IMG/VR virus record: IMGVR_UViG_3300030372_003104
Location: 1-63,359 of that record
Source of the DNA: a virus
Lineage: Duplodnaviria; Caudoviricetes
Direction: 5' to 3' (one strand)
DNA: 63,359 bases
The position numbers and the translations under genes are program-made. Every line of letters starts with the position of its first letter. Position 1 is the first letter of the stretch. The notes under the pieces were generated by a model. It was not told the origin of the DNA and ran no database searches. It saw only the letters and a list, made by a program, of their open reading frames with translations. Shown piece by piece: positions 45,682 to 56,200 of this stretch.

Positions 45682-47025
45682 ATGTCTACATTTTCACAAG
45701 CGAATGGTGCGACTAACATCGACAACATTCTCGCTCAAGAAGCGAACCGTATTGGAGCAGATATTCATAAGAATACTGTACATACATCTCCTTGGATGGA
45801 TCTCGTCAAGAAATCCACATTCCCAGATCAGATGGGTTATCAACTAACCACGTTGATCTACTCTTCTTCACTCCCAACTACTACTACTACTGGCGACGTA
45901 CTTGCTGGTACAGCTATTTGGGGTGATATGGGAGCACTCAATAATGGTGCAAACGTATTTACTCCTACAGGATCTGCTGGTTCCGATCAGCCTTTGAAAG
46001 ATACTGCTGAGTCTATTCTTGGGCCTAACGAGTCAAATAAAGGATCTATCAACTTTGGTAAAGAACTAAAGAAGTACAACTTGAAACGTGCTGTCATTGA
46101 GTCACCACGAATCAATGTTGAAGATCTTCGTTTTGCTGCACATCGTCAGGATCAGCTTCGTGCTATCCTTGATGTGATGACCGAATCAACCCGTTACACA
46201 TGGGAAGAGCGTTATCGTGATGAGTTTGACTTACTTGCTGACAACTTTGTTGCATGTAAGAAGACTTCTGAAAACTCCAAAATGACCACTGGTCGTGAAG
46301 GAACTGCTTCGTCAAGTATCTTAGATAACATTGACGCTGATACTCACGCTGATTCTGGCTACGACGCTGCCCAAACCAACGACCAGCTTCCAGAAGCTAA
46401 CATATCCAACGCATTGCTCGACGATCTGTATTTCAGATTAGTTCGTTCTGGTGCTGGTAATAATGCTTATGGCCGTGAGAATGGAAGACCTGTATTTGGT
46501 CTTGTATGTTCTTCAGAGGCTTCAAGACAGCTTCAGATTGAGTCTGAGTTCAGAGATGACATCAGATACAATCAGGCAAGAGTCAGTGAGCTTGTTGCTC
46601 CATTAGGAGTTGAGAAGTCATTCCGTGGTTACTACCACTTGATTGATGATCTTGCACCTAGATATGATCTCGGTGCTGACGACTTCTTAAATAGAATTCC
46701 ACCATACACAGTGAGTGGCGGAATTATTTCACCTAACGCTGCATATGAGTCAGCTCCAGTTGAGCTTGCTTATATCATTCACCCAGACGTGTATGAATCA
46801 CAGATCCCAGCTCCTTTGAGTGGGTCTAATGGTCTTACATTTGATCCTCTTACATATAAGGGAGACTTCAAATGGACTAACATTCCTGATGCTACTATCA
46901 ACCCAGATGGTTCAATCGGATTCTTCCGTGGAGTTCTTGCTTCTGCTTCTAAGCCGATCAAGACTAAGTTTGGTTATGTTATTGCTATCGCAAGGAAATC
47001 AGCAGATGCCGCTTTAGGACTCTAA
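45682..47025 (+). CDS. Major capsid protein
   Basis: 447 aa, strongly biased codons (CGT, GCT, AAC), long dedicated leader and a terminator. Lies after portal and scaffold. Confidence 0.8.
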   Translation: MSTFSQANGATNIDNILAQEANRIGADIHKNTVHTSPWMDLVKKSTFPDQMGYQLTTLIYSSSLPTTTTTGDVLAGTAIWGDMGALNNGANVFTPTGSAGSDQPLKDTAESILGPNESNKGSINFGKELKKYNLKRAVIESPRINVEDLRFAAHRQDQLRAILDVMTESTRYTWEERYRDEFDLLADNFVACKKTSENSKMTTGREGTASSSILDNIDADTHADSGYDAAQTNDQLPEANISNALLDDLYFRLVRSGAGNNAYGRENGRPVFGLVCSSEASRQLQIESEFRDDIRYNQARVSELVAPLGVEKSFRGYYHLIDDLAPRYDLGADDFLNRIPPYTVSGGIISPNAAYESAPVELAYIIHPDVYESQIPAPLSGSNGLTFDPLTYKGDFKWTNIPDATINPDGSIGFFRGVLASASKPIKTKFGYVIAIARKSADAALGL

Positions 47026-47046
47026 TCTATTAGAGTTACCAATCAC

Positions 47047-47097
47047 AAGATTCCCCGATCTCCTTGACAAATAGAGGGGATCGGGGATCTTTATTTA
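47047..47097 (+). terminator. Intrinsic terminator after the capsid gene
   Basis: AAGATTCCCCGATCTCCT...AGGGGATCGGGGATCTT followed by TATTT. Confidence 0.75.
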
Positions 47098-47115
47098 TAC
47101 ACAAACTACTTAGCA

Positions 47116-47448
47116 ATGGCTGAAGAAGAAACACAAACCAACGAACCACAAAACGCTGAAGAGTCTTTTGTAGATGCTATAGAGCAAGCTATGGAGACTC
47201 CTCCAGAAGAACCTAAACAAGAACCTAAAGAAGAAGTTACTGAGGAGCCTGAAGAAGAGGTTGCTGAAGATACTACCTTACAAGATTCTTTATTCATGGA
47301 GATATTCGGCATGGAATTCAACGAAGAGGATGAAGAGCATCAAGAGCAAATGGAGTTGATCAACCTCATTATAGAGAGTAACCCAAACGCAACTCCTGCA
47401 GAGATAGTCACTCAATATGTACGTGATAATGTAGTGCTTGCTGATTAG
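47116..47448 (+). CDS. Acidic protein with a scaffold-like SFVDAIE motif
   Basis: E-rich 110-aa ORF after the capsid gene. Confidence 0.65.
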   Translation: MAEEETQTNEPQNAEESFVDAIEQAMETPPEEPKQEPKEEVTEEPEEEVAEDTTLQDSLFMEIFGMEFNEEDEEHQEQMELINLIIESNPNATPAEIVTQYVRDNVVLAD

Positions 47449-47458
47449 ATAATATTAT

Positions 47459-47983
47459 ATGGCACAGACCCTAACAAACTTAAATTTAGAACAAACTATA
47501 TCAGCTACTGTTGATTCTGGAGTGGAGGTTGGTTTGAATACTACACATACTGTAGGTGGCACTAACACTATCCCTTTAACAACGACTGATGCTGATATCA
47601 TATACACATTTAAAATTACGTTTGATAGCAGTGATGACGTAGTTACTTGGCAATTAAATAGTGGGGCTGTAACACAAACGACAGGAACAGGAGCTGCTAT
47701 AAAAGGAGCGGGGGCTACTACATTTGATGTTTTAGGAGACGCACTACCAACAATGACAAACGTAGTCGCTATATATTATGAGACTCCCGATGCCCCTAAT
47801 GCTAACGCTCAATGGGTTAGAGCTAATGGTTCAACTGATGAGCTTGGAGACATAAAATTACTATCTGGCTATAGTAGATCTGCTATGTTTTATTTTAAAA
47901 GTTTCAATGTTGGCAGTAACAATGTTGTGTTTTCTTGCGGTGGAGCAGCTACTATCACAGTTGTTTGTTTAGCGAAGGATTAA
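47459..47983 (+). CDS. Virion structural protein (beta-rich)
   Basis: T/G/A-rich protein in the structural operon. Confidence 0.6.
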   Translation: MAQTLTNLNLEQTISATVDSGVEVGLNTTHTVGGTNTIPLTTTDADIIYTFKITFDSSDDVVTWQLNSGAVTQTTGTGAAIKGAGATTFDVLGDALPTMTNVVAIYYETPDAPNANAQWVRANGSTDELGDIKLLSGYSRSAMFYFKSFNVGSNNVVFSCGGAATITVVCLAKD

Positions 47984-47984
47984 T

Positions 47985-49352
47985 ATGGCAGTTTCCTCTA
48001 ACAGAAGGCAAAGGGTTATAGATTTCACAACACCCAAAGTCGCTGATTTAGTTGTTGTAGAGGTAAACGACGCTAGTAAAAATACGAAGTCTGCCGATGC
48101 TGCTGACAACACAGAGTATGGGACACTACACCCAGACAAAAATAACTTCCCTAACTTCAGACTAGCATTAATAAAAAATGCAGATAACAATCAAGGCCAG
48201 TTTCAGTTTTGGTATTATGTTAAAGATAGGGACAACCAAGATGATTATAATTGGGAGTACCAAGCTGCTGGAGGTTCAAGTCCTTTGTATGATACAGTAG
48301 TTAGAACTTATGTTATAAGAAGGAGCACATACGACGAGTCTAGTCCTGTTTTAAATTCATACTTACCGACGGTTACCGCTGATCCTTTTACGGATGCGGG
48401 TGGTGATAATGCTGGTTTTGACATTGACTATAGACTCTTCGATAAGAGACAAGTCCGTTCAGGAGATGAAACATTAGATTCTTTATATATAACTGAACAA
48501 AGAGTTTACGTAAAGAAAGTTCCTATAAGGAGGATCGATATTGATAGAGAGTTCGATGTACCATTACGAACCAAAGAAACAATTTTTTATAAAAGTGAAG
48601 TACCTAAGAAGACGGTATTGTTTAGCACAACAGACACAACGGTTTCTGAAAGTAATAACTTAACGACGGCTCAGACCTTTGCTGCTGGCGAAAGTGCTGT
48701 AGTCACTAACACTGTACCTAACCCAGATGTACCTAATGTTCCTTTTTGGGGGACGGGTAAGTTTCCTGTATCAACAGGATCTTCTAATAACTTTGGTATA
48801 CTTTGTTCTGGCAGACAGTTAACAGATAATTTCTACGCAATAAGAGAGGAAGAGGTTGTAAAGACAAGCTCAACTAATTTAGTAAAGAGTTATAACACTT
48901 ATCAATCATACTATTGGCCTCCAGTTCTGGACTTTATGAAAACGGAAAACTGGAAGTTAAGAGATGGAGGACACGACCCTTCTATTTATCCAGTTTACAA
49001 AAAAAGTGGTTATAGAGGGCCAACAAAAGTTCTAGTTGAGTTGTTCTGGAAAGATGAACCTTGGGCTTCTGGTGAGCTGACAACAGTAATACCGATGTTC
49101 CCAGAGCCTTTAGTTTTTAATACTCCGTTAGGAAATGTAACTGTCCCAGAATGTTTACATAAAAGAATTATATTAAAAGCTACTACGGGAACAAATCATC
49201 ACACATACGATTATATAGGCACTACGTGGGATTTCTTAGCGACTAACCACACTGATTGGCCCGACACTATAGTTATTTCAGATTCACAAAAACCATTTAG
49301 AGGCGGTTATATGAGAGAAAAAATAACGGCTTCTAAACCAGTAGCTAGTTAA
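47985..49352 (+). CDS. Tail structural protein
   Basis: Beta-rich 455-aa protein. Function inferred from position. Confidence 0.55.
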   Translation: MAVSSNRRQRVIDFTTPKVADLVVVEVNDASKNTKSADAADNTEYGTLHPDKNNFPNFRLALIKNADNNQGQFQFWYYVKDRDNQDDYNWEYQAAGGSSPLYDTVVRTYVIRRSTYDESSPVLNSYLPTVTADPFTDAGGDNAGFDIDYRLFDKRQVRSGDETLDSLYITEQRVYVKKVPIRRIDIDREFDVPLRTKETIFYKSEVPKKTVLFSTTDTTVSESNNLTTAQTFAAGESAVVTNTVPNPDVPNVPFWGTGKFPVSTGSSNNFGILCSGRQLTDNFYAIREEEVVKTSSTNLVKSYNTYQSYYWPPVLDFMKTENWKLRDGGHDPSIYPVYKKSGYRGPTKVLVELFWKDEPWASGELTTVIPMFPEPLVFNTPLGNVTVPECLHKRIILKATTGTNHHTYDYIGTTWDFLATNHTDWPDTIVISDSQKPFRGGYMREKITASKPVAS

Positions 49353-49353
49353 A

Positions 49354-50772
49354 ATGGAAGAAGTACCACCGTCCACAGAATCAACTGCAGATTTACCAAG
49401 ATCCCAAGATGGAGACATGCCTTTCACTTCTGGAGAGCGTGAAGGTTCTTTTATTGGGGATGGAGCTATCCCTCCTGAGTATGGGCCAACTCCTTCAGTA
49501 AGTTCTATACCGCCCTCAATAACTCCATCGGCTAGTTCCGATGTACATCCTTTTAAGTTGGAGAGGTATGTAGATAACAAAGGTAATACTAGAACGAGAG
49601 TTTATTTAGGTAGACTACGTTATCTTATTAATAACTTTGATGTATTAATTCAATCGGACACACGGAGCACAGCTAGTTATAGTGGCTCTATGGGGACAGG
49701 GTCATCTGAAATAACTGGCCCTGAATCTGGACACACTCATTCAGGAACATCTACTGTAACAATACCTGACCACGAGCACGAAAATGGTTCAACTGAGTCA
49801 CATGGCGGTTTAACTATTCCAGAGCACAAGCATGTAGCTAGGGACTCTACTGAAGATGGGTTGCTTATGCCTAACCATGAGCATGATGCAGGTACAGATT
49901 CAGATAATTTAAAGATACCACAACATCAACATGAGATAGGAATAAGTGGACAAACTGCGTCAGCAAGTGCTGGAGGATACAATCACTACCACGACATATA
50001 TATTAACCAACAAACTAATAATATTGTTTCAAGTAATAATCTTTCGGTAACGGGGAAAACAGATGAAGTTACAGACTATGATAGCTCTTCTAGTAATGTA
50101 GTTAAGAAAGTAACAGGGAAGACAGGGGGTATTTTTGAGAAAAACGACAATGATAATGTCGAAGGAAGGACAGGAGGCATCTATGGGTCTTTATCACCTA
50201 TTAGTGTTACTACAGGATCAAGTTCTGGTCATACTCATCCGTTACCTGTATTATCAAATAACACAGTAACAGTAGATAGTTTCATTTGTGTAAAGAACCA
50301 GAGCCAAGGAGCTGGGTTTATTAATGAAATTGAGCCTGATGGATTCACGGCTATAAAAGATTCTAACGATAAAGATACCGTTCTGAAAGCGAAAGACATG
50401 CCTATCAATCAAACATATGGTTCGTTTTTCCTAAAGTGGTCAATAATTCTACCTACAGGATCTGCTTCAGGAGCTACTATAGCGGCCAACAGTATTACTA
50501 TCCATAGAGATTCAGACCCTACTAAAACAGCAGAGCAACTACAGAATGACTTTGGAGCAATGACTGCGCTGACAGCTAACAGTGAGACAGCAGCAATGGG
50601 TTCTTTTAAAAGAGGGAATCATTCCGAAGCAGATAGAACGGCTACTTATTACGTAAAACTCGGAGTTTCTTATGATCCGAATGCAGCAGGGACAAACTCG
50701 AAAAGCATTGAACAAATCACTTATGAGAATGTTTATTGGTGTCCTTTATTCATATCTAGCATCCCTTCTTAG
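49354..50772 (+). CDS. Tail protein with seven HxH motifs (needle/fibre-tip-like)
   Basis: GHTH, DHEH, EHKH, NHEH, QHQH, NHYH, GHTH, plus TG[KR]T repeats. Confidence 0.65.
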   Translation: MEEVPPSTESTADLPRSQDGDMPFTSGEREGSFIGDGAIPPEYGPTPSVSSIPPSITPSASSDVHPFKLERYVDNKGNTRTRVYLGRLRYLINNFDVLIQSDTRSTASYSGSMGTGSSEITGPESGHTHSGTSTVTIPDHEHENGSTESHGGLTIPEHKHVARDSTEDGLLMPNHEHDAGTDSDNLKIPQHQHEIGISGQTASASAGGYNHYHDIYINQQTNNIVSSNNLSVTGKTDEVTDYDSSSSNVVKKVTGKTGGIFEKNDNDNVEGRTGGIYGSLSPISVTTGSSSGHTHPLPVLSNNTVTVDSFICVKNQSQGAGFINEIEPDGFTAIKDSNDKDTVLKAKDMPINQTYGSFFLKWSIILPTGSASGATIAANSITIHRDSDPTKTAEQLQNDFGAMTALTANSETAAMGSFKRGNHSEADRTATYYVKLGVSYDPNAAGTNSKSIEQITYENVYWCPLFISSIPS

Positions 50773-50812
50773 GCAGTTGAATTAGAGGCATATTCCTATA
50801 TATTTAAGGATC

Positions 50813-51856
50813 GTGCCAGCTTTAACTACAATTCAATTATTTGACACTCATTCTCAGTATCTTGATACTACATCTTCTAATAAAGAAGTAGCTTTTAGAC
50901 ACGCTTTAAATGAGATTATGCCTCGTATATACAAAATGGGGTATTGGAGGGAAATGCTTATGGAGCATTCTCAAGATGCTTCTAAGGGTTATGTATCATT
51001 ACCACAAGAAACAGACTCTATTGTTGCAGCTTTAATAGATAAAAATCCAGTTCCTACTCGTTCTTTATGGCACGACTACAAATTATTTGGAACTAATGAT
51101 GATGATAAGACGCAGGTGAACGCTTTTGTAGATGACGGGTATGCTCCTATCTATAGAGACCTTGTTGCTGGTAGTCAGTATAAAATCCAAGTCACTACGT
51201 TAAAAGCTCCTTTTAATCTTGGATCAGGTACAGGTGTTGTGACTGCTCGGTATAGAAGACACTCAGACGCTACTACGGGAGCTACAGCTTTAACAGGAAC
51301 AGATACCGTATTAAAAAGTGATTCGTATACAGAGTCCCCTGTCGATTTAGTTGGTGATGGTGCAACGCTACCTCTTGGTGATGGGCATACGGACATAACA
51401 GAAATACTTTCGGTAAGGTGGACGAACGTAGAAGCAGATCATCCTTTACGTGTTCAAGGTATATACCAAGGAACTGCAGGAGGATCTATTTCAGCAGACT
51501 CTACAAAAGATTTGATCTTAACAGATATTAACACTTCTAATGGGGTAGCTCGCTACAGGAGGTTTAGAGTCGGTAACGTAGACAGCGATTCAGTAGCTCA
51601 CATGTTACTTAAAAGAAGATGGGTTGATTGCGATAGTAACTCTGACTTAGTGCATATACCGTCTAACGCTATACTAAAACATGCGTTGTTAGGTAAGCTG
51701 TCAGAAGATAACGCTGACGCACAACGAGCAGTGTACCATTGGGGTGTGGTCAAAGAACTTTTAGAAGCAGACACTGATTCTTATAGAGGTGCTGCTAAAC
51801 CAACATTACATATCGCACCTAACGGAATTGGTGGCGGTATGTCAGGAATGTATTAA
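50813..51856 (+). CDS. Head-tail adaptor/tail tubular-like protein
   Basis: Helical N- and C-termini (ALNE...IY..G.W; A..HW...K..L) flanking a beta core, as in adaptor proteins. Confidence 0.5.
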   Translation: MPALTTIQLFDTHSQYLDTTSSNKEVAFRHALNEIMPRIYKMGYWREMLMEHSQDASKGYVSLPQETDSIVAALIDKNPVPTRSLWHDYKLFGTNDDDKTQVNAFVDDGYAPIYRDLVAGSQYKIQVTTLKAPFNLGSGTGVVTARYRRHSDATTGATALTGTDTVLKSDSYTESPVDLVGDGATLPLGDGHTDITEILSVRWTNVEADHPLRVQGIYQGTAGGSISADSTKDLILTDINTSNGVARYRRFRVGNVDSDSVAHMLLKRRWVDCDSNSDLVHIPSNAILKHALLGKLSEDNADAQRAVYHWGVVKELLEADTDSYRGAAKPTLHIAPNGIGGGMSGMY

Positions 51857-51858
51857 TT

Positions 51859-52242
51859 ATGGCTAATATAGAATTAAAGAGAGGGCAAAAAGCCCAAGTA
51901 GATATTACGTTTAAAGAGTCTGGTCAGACCAACGCAAAAAACTTTTCATCAGGTCATTCAGCTACATTAGCTATTCGAAAAAAATCTTCAAGTGGTTCTG
52001 TTGAGGGAGACGAAGTAGATTTTTTAAGTTCTGCTGGTAGTGGTGCTGGAGCCAACAGGATTACATTTACATATAATTCTGCTGGGCCTAACATTCAGTT
52101 AAAGTGGTCAACGGCTCAAGCTAATGCTTTACCTAACGAAACACTTACAATATTCGGGGATTTAAAAATAAAACAATCAAGTGACAACGAAATAGTACAT
52201 TCGTTCAGACTTACTTTTGATGTAATACCAGAGATTATCTAA
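51859..52242 (+). CDS. BppU-like Ig-fold fibre attachment protein
   Basis: I.LKRG...DITF....NFS..A.L.IR...I.L..S..Q...L......GDL.I...F.V.PEI pattern. Confidence 0.55.
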   Translation: MANIELKRGQKAQVDITFKESGQTNAKNFSSGHSATLAIRKKSSSGSVEGDEVDFLSSAGSGAGANRITFTYNSAGPNIQLKWSTAQANALPNETLTIFGDLKIKQSSDNEIVHSFRLTFDVIPEII

Positions 52243-53210
52243 TGGCAAATGACACAGCTACTGTTACACAGACAGTTAATTCAGTCACTGTCGATCCACC
52301 ATCCCAAAGTTCTTTAACAGTAACATCAACTTCGGGAGGTGCTTTAACACTTTCTGAGAGTACAGCTAGTTTAACGGCTGTTACTGTATCTCCTTTATCA
52401 GCGAGCCTAACGATTGAAAGTAATTTCGCTCCTAAAGAGAGTCCTAATTTTACAGGGATACCGACAGCACCAACAGCTTCTGCGGGAACTAATACAACTC
52501 AGATAGCGACTACTGCGTTTGTTAATAGTGCAATTACGCTAGAGAATACTCTAGCTGAGATGGATGATGCTAACTTCACGTCTCTGGGTAATAATGAGAT
52601 TTTACAATATGATACCTCTTCCTCTAAATGGTTAAACCAAACATTGTCTGAAGCAGGTATTGCTTCAACATCATCTTTATCTGCACACACCAGTGCAACG
52701 AATAATCCTCATAGTGTTACGGCTACTCAAGTCAATTTAGGGAATGTTACTAATGAGTCTAAGGGTACGATGTTTACTACCCCCACCTTTACTGGTCAAA
52801 TTACACATTCAGGAGTTATACTCACAGCAGGAACAAGCATAGACCAAGTTAAAACTTCTGTAGTTTCTATGACGGTTACTCCAACTTTTCAAGACACTAA
52901 CATAACTCAATCAGGAGCTATGCCTACTGGAACTTATGTTATGTTATTACATGTAAATGATGCAGCAGGGGGAGGTTCAGCAGAAGCTTACTACTCAGCT
53001 ATTATAAATATTTATGGTGGTACGACTAGTGCGGATGATTTTTCTAGTGAGGTAGACTTACATAGATCTGGAGGATCTGATAATGGTAAAATGATTTTTA
53101 TAAGAACTCGTTCTGAAGCTGATACAAACAATGTGCGTATTGAGATGGCAGCTAATTTTACGGCTTCAAATACAAGTAATTATACATTTAAATTTAGAAG
53201 ACTTATTTAA
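52242..53210 (+). CDS. Short tail fibre protein
   Basis: APK.SP.FTG.PTAPTA..GTNTTQIATTAFV and NNPH.VT..QV.LGNV.N fibre repeats. Confidence 0.75.
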   Translation: MANDTATVTQTVNSVTVDPPSQSSLTVTSTSGGALTLSESTASLTAVTVSPLSASLTIESNFAPKESPNFTGIPTAPTASAGTNTTQIATTAFVNSAITLENTLAEMDDANFTSLGNNEILQYDTSSSKWLNQTLSEAGIASTSSLSAHTSATNNPHSVTATQVNLGNVTNESKGTMFTTPTFTGQITHSGVILTAGTSIDQVKTSVVSMTVTPTFQDTNITQSGAMPTGTYVMLLHVNDAAGGGSAEAYYSAIINIYGGTTSADDFSSEVDLHRSGGSDNGKMIFIRTRSEADTNNVRIEMAANFTASNTSNYTFKFRRLI

Positions 53211-56200
53211 TGGCTTCAGAAGGAAAATATTTTAAAGGAGATATCCACACATTAGGGAATGTAGGTATTGGTAATTTATCTGCTTCATATAAACTTGATG
53301 TTACTGGAGCGGCCAACATTTCAGGTAATTTAAGTGTTGGGGGTATTCCCACTGCCCCGACAGCTTCCGCTGGAACTGACACGACTCAGTTAGCAACCAC
53401 TGCGTTTGTAAGAACTGAGGTAGCTAATCTGGTGGATTCCAGCCCCGACACGCTCAACACACTCAATGAGCTTGCGGCTGCATTGAATGACGATGCGAAC
53501 TTCGCTGGAACTATAACCACATCGATAGCGACCAAGCTTCCTTTGGCTGGTGGAACCTTAACTGGAGTTTTAACCATACCTGATGGCAGTGCTAGCGCAC
53601 CGAGTCTTAGGTTTGCATCACATAACACAGGTTTATTCGCAACTTCTGGAACAATACAGTTCTCTGTTGATGGGGCGCAAAAGGCTTATATAAGCACAGC
53701 AGGAGTATTATCTTCGGCAAATCTTTATACTTCAAATACAGGTGAGTTCCGAAACTATGGTGGAACATGGAAAGCCACAACTGGATTAACAGGTAATGGT
53801 TTCCAGTTCATCAACTCAGTAGATGGCACAGCAATGACGTTATCGTCTGCTGGAGTTTTAAATGTAACTGGTAACATTACATTAGGAGGAACCGTAGATG
53901 GAAGGGACGTAGCTGCTGATGGATCAAAGCTAGATGGTATTGATGCTGGAGCTAAAGACGATCAAACAGCAGCGGAGATTCTTGGACTTCTTACATCTGT
54001 TGATGGAGCTGGTTCTGGTTTAGATGCTGACACACTCGATGGGATAAATGGTGCAAGTTTCCTTCGCTCAGATACTAACGATGATTTCTCAGGCACATTA
54101 AATTACACCCCTGACACTGGGACTATTCTTTCTGTCGATGGTCAAGCTATCCTTCAGAGGATGACCGCCAATGGTGCTATCACGATTGGTCACGATGATG
54201 CCGTTATCATTGCTGCTGGCGAGACATCAGGAGTTCTGAACTCCAACATCGCTAATAATGTAGAGCGTGTTATTGTGGGAGCAGAAGGAGGTTTTTATGC
54301 TTACGCCTTCCCTAGTAATGATACATCTTGGAGTAATAGAAAAACATTAAAATGGGATGGAACTGATCTTTCTGTTTTAGGTTATAATGTTTGGCATGAG
54401 AATAATGATGGATCTGGTTCTGGGCTAGATGCAGATACCTTAGATGGTAGTCATGCTTCAACATTTGCTGCTGCTTCTGATTTAAGTACGCACGTTGCTG
54501 CTACTAACCCACATAATATTACAGCGAGTACAGTAAGTTTAGGGAACGTAACGAACGAGTCCAAAGCGACTATGTTCACAAGTGCAGCTCTTACTGGCAC
54601 ACCAACTGCGCCTACAGCTAGTGCAGGTACTAATACCACTCAGATAGCAACGACAGCTTTTGTAAATGCTGCGGTAGCGTTAGAGAACACTTTAGCTGAG
54701 ATGGATGACGTTGTTATTTCATCTTTAGCTAATGGGGAATTACTTCAATATAATAGTGGATTAGCTAGGTGGATTAACGCAACTCCAACCGAAGCAGGAA
54801 TCCTTCCCCTCGCAGGTGGGACGATGACTGGTAACATCGTATTATTAGACGGAACAGTAAGTAGCCCTTCGTTGACTTTCACTAGTGGAACTAATACAGG
54901 AATTTATTGGAGTAATTATACAACTTCTCCACAAAAGGATCAGTTAAACTTTGCTGTAGATGGTGCGACAAAAGGATGGGTTAACGAAGCAGGTGTATTT
55001 AGTAACGCTAATGTCTATGTTGCTAACGGACATTCAGTCAGAACTTTCCAAGAGTGGCAAGCCACAACAGGTGGGTCAGGGTATGGGTTTAAGTTTAGGA
55101 ATACAGCGGATGCTATTGATAGCATGACTATAAGTTATGCAGGAAATGCGGTGACTAATGGTTCTATTACAAGTACAGAAGGATATTTTAATAGTAGTAC
55201 TTTAAGCTTGCACGGCACAAGTTCTGTAAATTACCTATCATCTCAGTCTGCTTCTAGAGATCTTCAAATAAGAAATACGGGAGCTAATAAGGACATTGTA
55301 TTTAAAACTAAAGATTCATCAGGAGAGAATGAAACTCTTAGATTTAGAGGATCAGTAAATCATATAGTCGCAAGTGGTGACATAGAGGCAAGATTTGGCA
55401 CAAACTCTAGAACTTTTAATCTGTATGAAACCTATACTGACTCCTCTAATTATGAGAGATCTTTCTTCAAGCATGCTTCTAGCTTCTTAGAGATAGGAAC
55501 TGAGGCGTTAGGCACAGGCACAGCGAGTGGATTAAAACTCAAGACAGGAGGGAATGCTGCTATAACAATAGGGACTGATCAAAAAGTAAAAGTTGGGGGT
55601 GGAACAAATACTCCATCTTTGGGAGGAGGAACAGTCTTTAGAGTGGACATGACTCAAGGTGCTGGCAACTATGCGAGCATCGCTATCTTGGGAGGCAACA
55701 CAGGAAGATCTAGTTTGTTCTTTGGCGATCTTCACGCAGAGCAAAGAGGTGCTTTGGATTACAGGCATGGGGATGACTCTCTGTCTATAAGCACAGCAGC
55801 AGGAGAAAGAATGCGTATTCTTTCTGATGGTAAGGTAGGGATAGGTACAACATCTCCTAACTACTTACTCGATGTCGAAGGGTCGGGAGCAAATATGCGT
55901 GTACGTAATACGGCAACCGATGCTGTTACGCAAATTGTGATGAGGTCAGGAGGATCATCAGGGGAGAATCAAATTATATTTGGCGATGATGATGATGATA
56001 ATAGGGGAATGATTCGGTACAGACACAATGGCGATAGTCTAGCCTTTGATGTAGCTGATGCAGAGAGGATGCGTATTCTTTCTACTGGTAACGTAGGTAT
56101 TGGCACGACTACGGCTCCTCATTTGCTTTCAGTAAAAGGAACAATTTCAAGACTCAATAGTTCTGGAATACAGGTTATAAACCTTGGAACAACAAGTGAT

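Noticed and set aside
47064-47069. TTGACA promoter in the capsid terminator loop
   Set aside because: There is no plausible -10 element at 16-18 bp spacing.
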